Translations under genes and position numbers: made by a program
NCBI GenBank assembly: GCA_951406725.2
Contig: OX597817.1
Location: 4,402,001-4,466,000, forward strand
Origin: Octopus vulgaris
Lineage: Eukaryota
Direction of reading: 5' to 3'
DNA: 64,000 nucleotides
Shown: positions 1 through 12,250 of the stretch, in pieces
Numbering within the stretch: the stretch's first letter is position 1
How the letters are laid out: every line of letters starts with the position of its first letter
The notes under the pieces: generated by a model
The model's input: only the letters and a program-made list of their open reading frames with translations
Database searches by the model: none
What the model was told of the DNA's origin: nothing

Positions 1-404
1 CATAAGACTCATGACTGCTCGAAGAATTTCCTCTTTTCCCGCTTTATTTCTAGCCCCCAGTGGCTTATTACTTATATCTACCAGCATATCTTTCACCATT
101 TCGAAGTGATGGGTTAAAATAAAGCAACCCTGCGAGGCACAATTGATTTTTACACACAGACGCACAGAATAATAACAATCAAGTAACGACGTTGGAGTGC
201 ACAACAAACATTAGCAATTTGTCTGTCGCCTGCACTCTTGACAAGAGATGCCAGTTGTTCTTTTACTCCTGCCAGGCTGCTTCGTATCAGCACGAGAAAC
301 TGGATAATTTTGCGTTTGTTTAAGAATATTCTAGAACGAAATAGTAATTTATTGTTTCAAGACATTGAGTTTGAATTACTTGTAATTTTTATGAGTGTAG
401 ATAA

Positions 405-692
405 CTCGGGCTGTAACTTCCGAGCCCGAGTCAGGCGCATGTGAACAATATCGAGAGAACGTCCGCTACGAATGATATTTTTCGATACAGGACATTTCAA
501 AGACGAGCACTAGACGCTGACTGAAAGTAAGTGAACTGCGGCTTGGCTCAATAAAAGGAGCCCGAGTTACTGGCTGCAATTACCTACTTGAAGTCAGTTT
601 GGTAGAAATTAAATCAGCTTGCAAATACACGGCGACTTTATTAAATTTAGAGTCAGGCTAAGCCCGAACAGCCCGAGTCCCGGAGTCGCCAC

Positions 693-694
<2 letters not shown>
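405..694 (-). mobile_element. Probable end of a DNA transposon (hAT-like TIR CAGTGGCG with GCCCGAG subterminal repeats); the rest may lie left of or outside the window
   Basis: Minus strand starts CAGTGGCGACTCCGGGACTCGGGCTG at 694 next to a TA/TG tract. CCCGAG/CTCGGG motifs recur at ~405, 420-432, 560 and 662-680. No partner TIR is visible. Confidence 0.35.
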
Positions 695-760
<66 letters not shown>

Positions 761-1142
761 TTGAGTGTGCGAGGTACAAAATTGTACAAAATCAAAAATA
801 ATCAGAAGAGAGACAGGTGAGGGAACAGCAAATAGGCAAATAGTGTGCATCCAGGAAAGTTAGTAGGGTCTTTGACGTTTGAAGCCATTATTTCCCTGCA
901 GAAAGGAATGAGGAATGAAGGGGAACATTTGACGGAGAAAGGAAGAATAGGGGAGGGAGAGAGAAAGTAAACCGTTTTGGGATTACGCGCCAAAAGTGGG
1001 GAAACTTATTGAGTACAAATGAGAAAAATAATTTTTTTTTCTTCTCTTGGTACATAACCCGAAAAATGAGAAAAATAATAAACATATCTTCTTTAGAGTA
1101 TAGTTTGTGACTCTCCTTGAACGGCTGAATACAAGTATAGAA

Positions 1143-1221
<79 letters not shown>

Positions 1222-1572
1222 TGTGTGCTTGTTACTCTGTGTCAGTTTGTGTATTTACAAGAACGTTTATTGTTAATAAATATTAAGCATTCGGTTTATA
1301 AAACTATAAAAATGCGCGCGCGCACGTGTATTTGTGTGTAATCGATTTCAACAAAAGAAAGTTTATTGTTAATAAATACTACGCATTCAGTTGATAAAAC
1401 GAATCGTATATTTCAATTTACATTTTATAAAACTGGTTGTACAGACTTAAAAATCTGAAGTACACTGTACCGGAAGTGCCGTCGGTAAAGAAATAAGATC
1501 TGAAGATGTTCAAAGTATGAGTAATTTTTAAAATATATATATATTGAATATAATTCAGAATACTAGTCTCTA

Positions 1573-2632
1573 TCTATAAAGTCAATATCTATAACGCTGA
1601 AATGCGAAAAGTTTGTCTCATTTTGCGATCGGAACAGGTTAAGGGACACTAGATGGGGTCAGATTGGCTCCAAAATTTTCAGGGACATGTAAAAAGAGGC
1701 GAGGAAATGAGTGGATTACTTTAGACAGCCCTATCTCAAAAACTATGGTTAATAGGGCAAAAAACCCCACACTTTGACAAGTGTTTGCCGTTTCTCCCTT
1801 TCGCATATCAGCCTGTCTTCCTCCACCTCTCTCTTTCCTTCTTTCCTTCCACGTTCTCTCTATAACGACGTTTGACGGCTTCGCCGTCTCTCTGTCACTC
1901 TTTCTCCCACCGACTCTATCACTGTAAGTCTGTCTGTATCTATAGAGAGAAAGCGTTGACAGCCGCAAAAGTTTAAATATTCGCGCTAATCTTAATATAT
2001 TATCGTCATAAACCCCGAGACATTCATGACGGTAATCAATATCTATAAAGCAGAAAAGCAAACAAGTTTAATTTCTTGGTTATTTTTCTCATTTTGGGAT
2101 GGGAACAGTTTAAAGGGCAGTTTCTCATTTTTACGTATTTTTGCCTTTTATTTTTTATTGTTTACAGTTTTCATTTTTTCCTGAAAGGAATTTACAGCTG
2201 CATGTAGCCCGTGTTTACAGCTTTCATTTGCATGGTCAATCGTCGAAAAATTCCCAAAATAAGTACTAAATTTAACAAAGAAATTCTTTTTTCCTTATTT
2301 TTAATCGCTCAAATAGTTGCACATACAAAAGGCAAGTGTCCTTTCCGTTGTCACTGTTTGCTATTTATGATTCAAATTTCAAAATATTTTCTTTCTCAAC
2401 TTACTCAAGATCTTTTGATTTTTATAAATGGGAGAGAGATAAATGGGAGAAAGATAGAGCAAGAGAAAGCGAGGGAGAGTCCGAGAGAAAGGAAGAGTAA
2501 GAGAGTGGGAGAGTGAGAGTGAAATGAGAGAGAAACAAAAAGGGTGAATATCGCGATAAGAAACAGAAAAGAAGCAACAGAAAGTAACAACCACACCCTC
2601 ACCCGCGCGTAGAGCGGGTCACCTGAAGCTAG
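1573..2632 (+). mobile_element. Non-autonomous Helitron
   Basis: 3' end has hairpin ACCCGC-GCGTAGA-GCGGGT (2601-2619), then CTAG (2629-2632) followed by T. 5'-type TC...TCTATAA motifs occur at ~1573-1600 and again at ~2036-2055. The 5' boundary is uncertain. Confidence 0.65.
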
Positions 2633-2659
2633 TATATATATATATATATATATATTTAT

Positions 2660-2830
2660 GAAAGCAATTGTAGCGTGGAAGGAATTTATATGCCATTTAA
2701 GAACATACAAAGACTGTTAGATTTAATTGAACATTTAAATTTAATTTGTGTCAAAATATTTTTGTCGCTTTGAAACCACCATCTGTTCACTACAAACATA
2801 CATGCTGCATCTCAGAAAGTAACTGTTAGT
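2660..2830 (-). mobile_element. Degenerate Penelope pLTR-like fragment (family A)
   Basis: Reverse complement of 3459-3586 (AATTG(T/C)AGCGTGGAAGG...GTCAAAATATTTT...CTGTTCACT). It abuts (TA)n. Confidence 0.6.
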
Positions 2831-3417
2831 TCATGATATATATGTGTTTATGTTTGTATGTATGTATTATGTATGTATTATGTATATGTATGTATGTGTG
2901 CATGTATGCAAGTACGTATATGTGTACATCCCTATATATGTGTATACGCCTGTACGCATATGTGTACATACGTACGTACGCATGTATGTATGAATGCATG
3001 TATATATATATGTGAGTATTTAGGTATGTAAGTGCGTAGACGCGTCTGCATGTGTGTATATGTGCATGTGCATATAAACGTATGTTTATCTACTGATATG
3101 TGTGTCTGTTCAAGTTGTAGATATGACTTTTATTCTGTCGACGGTTGTATATTTATATATGTTCCTCTCACCACCGTCTAACGGTGAATAGATACAATGT
3201 CTTGGATACATGCATGCAAATATAAACCTACCTATATATATGTACATGCACACACAATCATATAAACACATATACACACATATATATATGTATATACATT
3301 TATCCATCTACACCTACATATGTCTCTATTTTCACAGGCAACCATTAACCTCAAATACTTATTGTTTATTTTATAGACATACATATGTATGTGCTTAGAT
3401 ACATAGATACATACATA

Positions 3418-3586
3418 CGCGACCTGTTCACTGAAAAAATCCGTGCAGCACGGATTTTTGTCAGTGAACAGGTCGCGGATTTTAGCGACGAAAATATTTT
3501 GACAAATGACACTTAAATGTTGAAGTGAATCGAACGGCTTTTGTGTGTTTCTTAAATGGTTTACAAACACCTTCCACGCTGCAATT
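3418..3586 (+). mobile_element. Penelope pLTR-like fragment (family A) with terminal palindrome and hammerhead motif
   Basis: ~29-bp inverted repeat at 3418-3477 and hammerhead-like fold at 3459-3504. It ends at (TA)n. Homologous copies lie at 2660-2830 and 18715-18800. Confidence 0.65.
3459..3504 (+). ncRNA. Minimal type I hammerhead ribozyme motif, G3-C8 variant
   Basis: TGTCA|GTGAACA|G GTCGC-GGATTTTA-GCGAC|GAAA|ATAT|T T|TGACA: 5-bp stem I, 5-bp stem II, palindromic stem III loop. Confidence 0.6.
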
Positions 3587-3604
3587 ATATATATATATAT
3601 ATAT

Positions 3605-4982
3605 AGAATAGGAATAGAGGCAATTCAATACTGGCTAGAGAATCACGCCAACGAACTCCCACATCGCATCAAAAAAGAATTCGTGATAGAAGGGGTTAAA
3701 TTCATCCTGGAAAATAACTTCTTCGCCTACAAAGACAACTTCTACCGACAAAAATCGGGGACTGCTATGGGTACGCGAATAGCCCCCTCCTTTGCCAACA
3801 TAATCATGGGATATTTAGAAATCAGTCTGTATCGTAAGGTTCTAGAAAGATATGGCAGCCCTTTCTCCCTCTACATAGAAAACAACTAGAGGAGATACCT
3901 AGATGACTGTTTCATCCTTTGGCATGAAAATATAGAGAAACTCAAAGAATTCCAAGCAATTTTAAATGGACTGGACGTAAACATCCAATTCACCATGGAA
4001 TATAGCCAGCAACAACTCCCCTTCCTCGATATCCTTATTAAGAAATATAATAATGTAATAGAAACAGATATATACTACAAGCCTACAGATTCTAAGCAAT
4101 ATCTTCCTTTCAATTCATGCTACCCCAGACACACCAGCATGAACATCCCCTTCAATCTAGCAAAAAGGATATGCACTATAGTTTCTAATGCAAACAACAG
4201 AGACACACGACTACAAGAACTAAAAGATACCCTCATTACCAGGAACTACCCACCTTCACTTATTGACATATGCATTCAACGTGCCCTCCAACTCAACATC
4301 CAGGAACTCAGACATCCCAAATCAAAGAAACATTTACGACCAAAACCCTTACCATACATCTCCACACACAACCCTCACAACAATGAGGTCTTCGACACCA
4401 TCCTCCACAAATCCTCCTAAAAATGACCACAGAATGAACACAATTCTCCAAACACACATGATCATAAAAAGCAAGAAACAGCCTAAATCTATGAAAAGTC
4501 TCCTAACACAAGCCCGAATACACTCTACAACACAGAAGCCGACAGTAAAAAAATGTGGAAGACCATATTGCGGGATATGCGATTATCTAATTGAAGGATC
4601 AGAGTTCTCCATCAAACAGGGACAACGGTTTACAGTGAAAAGCAACTTCACATGTGCTTCGGAGAACCTTATATACACACTAACCTGCTCTGGGTGTCAA
4701 GAGCAGTACATAGGCCAAACGAAAAATAGTTTGCGTAAAAGAATGGCCGTGCACAGATCCCAGATAAAAATTCCCCAAAACAGAAAAATAACATTCAGCC
4801 AACACATAGATACTTGCGCCAACAACAAAACACCAAACTTCAGGATTTTCCCCCTCTACCAATTCAGGGACGATACAACCTCGAGCCAACGAATAAGTAA
4901 AGAAACTCTCTTTATTACAAAATATAAGCCCCTTCTGAACGGGTTTACGACAAACGATATATACCCCTCTGCCTTAGAATAA
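3605..4982 (+). pseudogene. Penelope RT/GIY-YIG endonuclease polyprotein, disrupted
   Basis: ORFs 3545-3889, 3995-4420 and 4263-4982 join into one reading. There is a stop at 3887-3889 and a frameshift near 4410. Confidence 0.9.
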
Positions 4983-5589
4983 CACAAATACACACGCAAA
5001 TATTACATTCCTAAGAATCCACTACAAATCAGCCCCAATCACAGCTATAACCCATAGCGTGTCAACTTTAAGTCATACAACACCTCACTACTTCCACTCA
5101 TTCATATTCTCCATCATCTTTCTTCCTCTTCTTCTTTCCCCTCTTCATCATCATCATCATCATCATTATCATCATCATCATCATCATCATCTTCTACCTC
5201 CTCTTCTTCTTCTTCTTCTTCTTCTTCTTCTTCTTCTTCTTCTTCTTCTACTACTTCCTAACTTTATCACTAATGCTTTTTAGTATAACACCTACGCAAA
5301 TTCTATAGACAAACCTTTCAATAGAAATACTGTCATGAACTGATAGCGGCCACTGACCATTCTAAATACAACAATCAAGGCACTCCTAAAATTTTCCCCC
5401 CTTCTCCTCATCATCCTTCTTCTTCTTCCCTACCAAGAATTCACAAAGACCTCGAACCCACAAGTGTGAACAAGAGAGACAGAGTAAGGCAGAAACAAGG
5501 AAAATGCCACTTATATTTGAACATTATACAAATATTCCTTTAAAAAAACATTTCTTTTAATTTTTCTCAATTTAATTATTTAATCGTTA

Positions 5590-5627
5590 CAGTTGAAAAG
5601 GTCTCAAAATGACTGAAACCGGTACTG
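5590..5627 (+). ncRNA. Minimal hammerhead ribozyme motif, U3-A8 variant, in Penelope pLTR
   Basis: CAG|TTGAAAA|GGTC-TCAAAAT-GACT|GAAA|CCGG|T A|CTG. Confidence 0.6.
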
Positions 5628-5677
5628 AAATGTTCTTTATAAAATTATTTTAGCATTTTCTATTTTGACTTATTTTG

Positions 5678-5679
<2 letters not shown>

Positions 5680-5742
<63 letters not shown>
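5680..5742. repeat. (TA)n microsatellite
   Basis: Direct read. One of many (TA)n, (TG)n and (TATG)n tracts. Confidence 0.95.
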
Positions 5743-5746
<4 letters not shown>

Positions 5747-6194
5747 AGATATAGGGGTTTAGTTCACAGCTGATCTAAAAGATTAGGTATGCTAGATAAG
5801 TGCTGTAACGGATTACTAGGGCTCCAAGATTATAACCGAGGCGCTAGTTATGGACCCATTCCAGATTTCCGATGCAGTGGATATAAAATTGCTAAAGAGG
5901 ACAACAAACGTTAAGGCAATGCAAATATCTTAAGTCATATACAATATTATTATTGGAAAAAAATTCAAAGTCTTACAGCTGTTTCTGGGATATAATCCAG
6001 GGTACGGGATATACCGTCATCACAGACATACTGGCACTCATCTATGTTGGCCCGTATCGGAAAGAATATGGCAGCAGTTCTATGCATATTTTGAACTTCA
6101 CAGATTCTCTGATACAGGTAAGATTGATTCCCTGTACTACAAGAAGGTATGTGCAATGTGGCCAGGATTCTAAAAGGGTGACCTTGAAAGAGAC

Positions 6195-6530
6195 ATTCAT
6201 GGCAGTGTGTAAGAAGTTTGATTCTCAATTTCATAATTTCACTTGGACATGTGTCTTCTACTATAGCCCCAGGTGAACCTGTGAATGAATTTGGTAGACG
6301 TATATGGAAAGAAGTTAGTCGTAGATGTGTTCATCTTCTTTTTGTTTGTTTCATAACCGGTGTTTGTTTGGGTACGTAATTCGGCAAAAGGGTTCGGTAG
6401 AATAGGTAGCTAGTTTAAAAGGGAAGCATTTAGGTGGATTAGTTCAACTAAAGACCCTTCACTGTGGTGCTTCAGATGGGCGTAATTCAGTGATTGAAAC
6501 AAGTAAAAGCTATAAAATCAAAAGATAAAA
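6195..6530 (+). mobile_element. Degenerate tRNA-derived SINE with CORE-like segment (family C)
   Basis: Similar to 51464-51876 (TTGGACATGTGTCTTCTACTATAGCC...TTCGGCAAAAG...GAAACAAGTAAAAG). Confidence 0.7.
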
Positions 6531-7185
6531 GATATAATTGGTTAGTAAAATACACGTTTGAAATATAACAAATACATTACGAGGAAGTATCAGAAATATT
6601 TTTAGATGGTTACATATATATTAGGTGGTAATGAGAGAGAGCATGGCATATAAAATATCCAAACTATAATGCAATCTACACATCTGACATACAATAGAGG
6701 TTACAAGAAGAACGCTATAATATTATAAAGATTTCTGAACTGCAATAGAGAAAAAAATCTACAAAAATTCATTCCAGACGAGTTATGGCTTGTAACGAAG
6801 GAAGCATATATTTGGCAATCATGTGTACAGAAAGAATGGCTTTACATATTTAAACAACTGCTGTAATGTGATTGCGACCTGGCTGTATCCCACAGCCTTT
6901 CACTATCTTCTAATTCTTTATTGCTTTGCCAACCGATACAAATTGGCAATGGCTCCTCTTTTTGGTATTGCTGCATATGAGCCAGATTATGTTTAACTCT
7001 GAACACATCCTATCCTATACTTAACTTTGCTCCACTTAAGCTATTCTCTATATACTAATAATCAAGCCTCTATTCTCTTTCTATCACCGTCTCACTATCT
7101 TCCTCTGTATCTGTCTATAAAACTATGTTTCTTCTCTTTATATACACACTCACTCACACGTGCTCATGTATGTGTGTGTGTGTGT

Positions 7186-7235
<50 letters not shown>

Positions 7236-7384
7236 GTATGTGTTTGTGTGTATGTGTGTGTGTGTGGGGGGGTATTTTCTTGGTCCATACCGTTTCCTCC
7301 GTTTGTATTCGTTTATGTAATGTCTTCACTTACTTTGTCACCTATTTCACCTCGATATTTTCTCTTTAGGCCAATTACCAGACT

Positions 7385-7404
7385 ACCTATCTGTCTGTCT
7401 GTTA

Positions 7405-7441
<37 letters not shown>

Positions 7442-7458
7442 CCTATCTATCTATCTAC

Positions 7459-7501
<43 letters not shown>

Positions 7502-7510
7502 CCTATCTAC

Positions 7511-7541
<31 letters not shown>

Positions 7542-7565
7542 CCTATCTATTTATCTATCTATCTA
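7385..7565. repeat. (CTAT)n tetranucleotide microsatellite
   Basis: Direct read. Similar tracts at ~18037-18110, 25738-25800 and 42055-42240. Confidence 0.95.
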
Positions 7566-10521
7566 TATTCGATTCTCTACATATACCTACGTCACCTTTC
7601 TCCATTGCGTTCTGTTCTACTCGGATGTTTCATTTTCACTTTCACACATATCCAGTGAGGAGAGAAAAAAAAGTATTCATAAGCACACTGATAACTTATT
7701 ATCCACCCCAACCTATTCGCCACTTTTCTCTTTTCTTTGAATACCTTTATTCTCTTTCTCCCTATCTCCCTTTTATTCCCCATACTCAATTCATTCTGTG
7801 CTCAGTTCACACCATTTCCCAATATCTTTATTATAAAGCATGCAAGTGACAGTTTGGCTATACGCAAGACACCAATTTGCATTCTCTCTATCTCTTTCGC
7901 TCACTCTTTCCATTTCTGCCCTTCACTTCATTATCTATTCATTCATATTAGCAGCGATATTTTATCCAACTATTTCCTCCTCCTACTTCTCTTATGCAAC
8001 CAATCACTATTTTCCCAGCTTTACTACCGTTACTCTATTCAGTAGTTAACATCGTACCTGTAAGACAATGCGTGATAACTTGGAATATTCTCTTACATTT
8101 CTTTCTACCAAACATACATACGTACATACCGATACATAAATAAATATGTGTATGTGTGTATGTATGTATGTATATATATATATATATGTATGCATGTATG
8201 TATGTATGTGTATATATATGTATGTATGTGTATATATATATATGTATGCATGTATGTATATATGTATATATATATTATATATATATATATAATACATGCA
8301 TAATGTCTTAAATCTTCAGCTGTTAATATGAAAGCCTTAGTTGAGTAGATTACAGTCGATGTTAAAACATTTTGCTCTTAACTTAAACAGAAAAATAGCG
8401 ATACATTTTCTTACGCAAACTTTTTGGAGATAAATTTTCTTTATACTTTCTGATGAAAGTACACTGAATCATATCTTCATAATAGGAAATAGAATTTGAG
8501 TTCACATTTAAGTGTTCCTCCTGTAAGAGAAACATTTTGAAAAAGCCATATGAATTCGAAGACATAATTGCACAGATAACACGACACATCCAAAAGACAA
8601 GGAGAGATATCTGTGACATTATAGAATATATGCAATTCGTGCATGAAATCGATGCTAATACAAATTCAGCTTCGTACAGGAACTCGAGAAATACCTCTTG
8701 AGGTTTTTATTGGTGCAATAAACAGTAATATTCTCGGCCCTTGCACAATTTCGGTAAGTTTGTAGTTATAAGAGCTAAATATTGCGAATATTTTCTGGTA
8801 TTGAAGGCATATTTCAAAAAAAAAATTGGATACCAGAAATATACCAGAAATATACGGACTCAAACTTTATGATCTCTATAAAGTTTGAGGTTTATTTTTG
8901 AAACTTTGCCCCCTAATCAAAAGATTATGCGCAGCATTCATTTTCTTCCTAAACCTATCAGATTGGCAAGAAGACGGGAAGAATTTATTGTTAAACCTGT
9001 CGATGGATTAAGTTTGTCACACACAAAAACAAAAATATAAAATAAGTCAATATTAATCTTTAGTTTTCTCGTAAGTAAGCAGAAAAATAATTAGAATTCT
9101 CTTATAAATATTTTAAGTGTTGATGTCTTTTTTGTATTCTTGCCTGAACTGGTTCTTATTGTTTACGCATGCATTTCAAGCATCATTTTTCCTCTCATTT
9201 AGTATTACTTTGTTGATGGTGAGTCAACAAGTTATCGCTCCAATCACTTATGTACTGAAACGCACTATTCGATACATCGGTAAGTATTTTTTACTATACA
9301 CCCTGGTAGACCAAATTATTTAAAGTAAAATTTGACAGGTGGTACCGCGTGGGAGCATATCGTTGAGGTTTCTCTTGCTATTGTGATTGCGTGACAGACA
9401 GAATATGGACTGGATTGCTAGACTTGTCGCTTAATAATCATTTGGAAATATAGTTCAATTCCATGCCAAATTCGTAATATTTCATTCTTACATCTACCAA
9501 ATTCCTGAAAATCTCCAAGAAGGTACCGAGTGGATAAGTATTCATTCGTATTCATATTACATAATCCTTCACTGCAATAGATTATTTACATGAATAACGA
9601 ATCCTTGGTATGTGCTTCTCGAGATCTCGCGCCACACTGGTACCTTTTTTTCGCATTTTCAGGGATGAACAATATACCGTATCTTGTGACAGAGACACCT
9701 CTGATTATTTCCTTAATGTGTAGGGATTTCTCTGTAAATATTTCTTTCAATTACCGTTTAGGTTGGTTTTCAAGACGCTTCTTTTTGGGAGAAACACCCA
9801 AATATGACATTTACTTTCTATTTTTTTCTTTTATATATCCTAAAATATTTTATACTTTTTCTATGCCGTTAAATTTCCGAATGTGTTCCAATTCTTTTTC
9901 ATTTACTTTCTTAAATCTAAACTTATCCTTCCAGTTACAGCATTTTTAAACGTGTTTATTGCACAGTTGCCATTTTCCTTGAGATCTACTCGACAACACA
10001 ACTGTCATCGTTAATGTTGTAACAGGTGCTCGTGGCCAGAATGTTATTGTCAATTGTGTTTGTTATTTGTCACTATTTACTTTGCTTGCGTTGTCGTTAG
10101 TTTTACAAAATTGTTTGTAACGTTAAAGACATTAAGTGATTTTACGCCTGCGAAGGCAGTTACTATCATCATTATTGAAATCTTAAGTATTTCAGAGATA
10201 GATATATTGTCAAATATTTTGCAATGAAAAGAACAATATTTACACACTAAAGGCAGAAATATATCACCGAATTTCTTTCAACCTGCCTGAAGCTCACGTT
10301 AACCAAACAATATGATTAACTTTAACTACGTCTACGTCTACGTCGAAAAGAATCAGCATCAGAGAGCAATGACGACATCAGCCGCAACGGTAAGAAGTAA
10401 AAGAGTAACAATAACATTAACAACAGCAACAGTAGCAGCAGTTGCAACAGCAACAGCAGCAGTAGCAGCAGCAACAGCAACAACAACAACAACGGCGGTA
10501 GCTGCAGCAGCAGCAACAACT

Positions 10522-10715
10522 GCCGTTCAAGAATTTCAACCTGGAGATATCCATTTCCAGCGACTTCGTGGGTCACCTCCCAGTGGTGTCGGGCGTCAAC
10601 GAAGGGCCCTCGACTACAACAAGACGACCAAAGTTTTTTCTTTCCAAGGTCTGGGGTCTCCCACCCCTAAGACCTAGACCATCACCTTATCACTCTTACC
10701 CGTATTGTTGCTTAA
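10522..10715 (-). mobile_element. Decayed 3' fragment of an RTE-type LINE
   Basis: Minus-strand reading gives TIRVRVIR*... and RALR*RPTPLGGDPRSRW, resembling the RTE C-terminal 'R.RW.GHV.R...W.P.G.R.GRP..RW' motif. Flanked by CAA/CAG repeats. Confidence 0.4.
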
Positions 10716-11289
10716 CAACAACAACAGCAGCAGCAGCAACAACTACATAATCAACAACAACGATAACAAACCCTAGGGCAGTACCGGATAGCGGTTCTCA
10801 TGGCTTCAGATCTTAACTGGCTGGAAGTGTTAACATGTATATATTTTGTCTTGGTGTAAATGACAGACTACTACATATATTCTGCTCATATCACAGATTT
10901 GCTTATCAGTTATTTGACCATAACCAGTTGAACATGCCCTTTGTGGCTGATTATAAGTTGCATTTCTGACCACGAGAAATAGTGGGGGAGCATCATAGCC
11001 ATATGGTGAGAGGATTTCCTTGGCGTTTGAAAAATCCACCCTTGGAAACATGGGATTTGCGTTCATCATGGTTAAGCAACTATTATTCAGGGACTTTTAA
11101 GAGGGATAGGCAATTCAACCTAAAGAAAATTCTAACTGGGTCCCACTTGCAAGGTCATACGCTGTTTATCTTGATATGCGATCATCATGTCGCGTGCATA
11201 TGGTTGTGATGCATAAGCATGGTGCCCCTTATCAGTCGGCTAGTAATTATGGGTATATTGGGCCTCGTATATTTGTACAACAGCGTCAT

Positions 11290-12250
11290 AATACCTGACA
11301 AATTTGAAGATAAAAATAAAAACAAACAGCAAAAGCAATAAATCAACTAAAATCTTGGCTAAAGTTGAAACTACAAAATACTGTGATAAACAATGGCAAG
11401 AAAACTCCTTACATGGCAAATACTAGGATAAGCTAAACAGAAAAGAAATAGGTAAAATAAAATCCCAACAATGGTTAAGAAGATCAGGACTCAAGCAGAG
11501 AATTGCAGCCCAAGATGAAAGTCATCCCAAAAAAACAACTACAAAAACAAGCACAAACAAAGAAGAAAAGTCTCATAAGTAACTTCAAAATATGTGGTAG
11601 TGACGAACAAACAATAAATCACATTGTCCCTGGCTACTCAGTACTAGCTAAGAAGGAATATATCCACGGATATGACAGAGTTGTGACCTATATACAGACG
11701 AAGCTATGCGAGAACTATGCAATCACAACAGGAAAAAAGATGATATAAGCATATCTGTTATATCGTAATACTACACAGTAGCTGTGTGAGCTACGAAATC
11801 CACGTCACCACAGTTATATCGCACGTTCGGATGACCTCTACTCAACTCCTCGACGTCTAGACTTCTCCCTCTATATCTACGCATTGGACTAGTCTACTTC
11901 ATCGTCTGGGGGCGTCGACACAACAATATCCCAAAAAATGTCTAAGAAAAGGACAAAGCAACACCACATTGGAATATGGCAATACACAGAGATAGAGAGA
12001 TCAATGATAAAAAGCCACATATACTGACCAGGAACCACCAAGAAAAACGCTTTCTTATTGATGTATCAGTCCCAACAGACGACAATGTATCTCTAATAGA
12101 AGCGGAGAAACGTTTTAAATGTAAAGGTCTGGAAAAATAAATAGCCCGAATGTGGATCCTAACCCTGAAATAACTGGTGCATACGGTATCATTAAAAAAC
12201 AAATCTATAACTACTATGCCAGGACTTAGGAATTGTACTGAATGCAATGC
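11290..12250 (+). mobile_element. Degenerate R4/Dong-type LINE, 3' part (Zn knuckle + RLE)
   Basis: Remnants QWQ..LHGKY, SQQWLRRSGLK, ICGSDEQTINHIVPGYSVLAKKEY and FLIDVSVPTDDNVSLIEAEK. Paralogous to 58817-59060 and 48024-48551. Confidence 0.8.
11756..11925. mobile_element. Solo LTR (170 bp) inserted in the Dong fragment
   Basis: Begins TGTT and ends AACA. Exact 5-bp TSD ATATC at 11751-11755 and 11926-11930. Confidence 0.75.

Larger units (their letters stand above)
3605..5680 (+). mobile_element. 5'-truncated Penelope-like retroelement (RT + GIY-YIG, 3' UTR/pLTR)
   Basis: RT motifs FYRQKSGTAMGTRIAPSFAN, RYLDDCF and LPFLDI. Zn motif CGRPYCGIC. GIY-YIG NLIYTLTC...QYIGQTKNSLRKRMAVH. Both ends flanked by (TA)n. 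Confidence 0.95.

Noticed and set aside
10770-11285. Complex-sequence block that looks like a dispersed repeat
   Set aside because: Single copy in the window, with no terminal signature or protein motif I can support.
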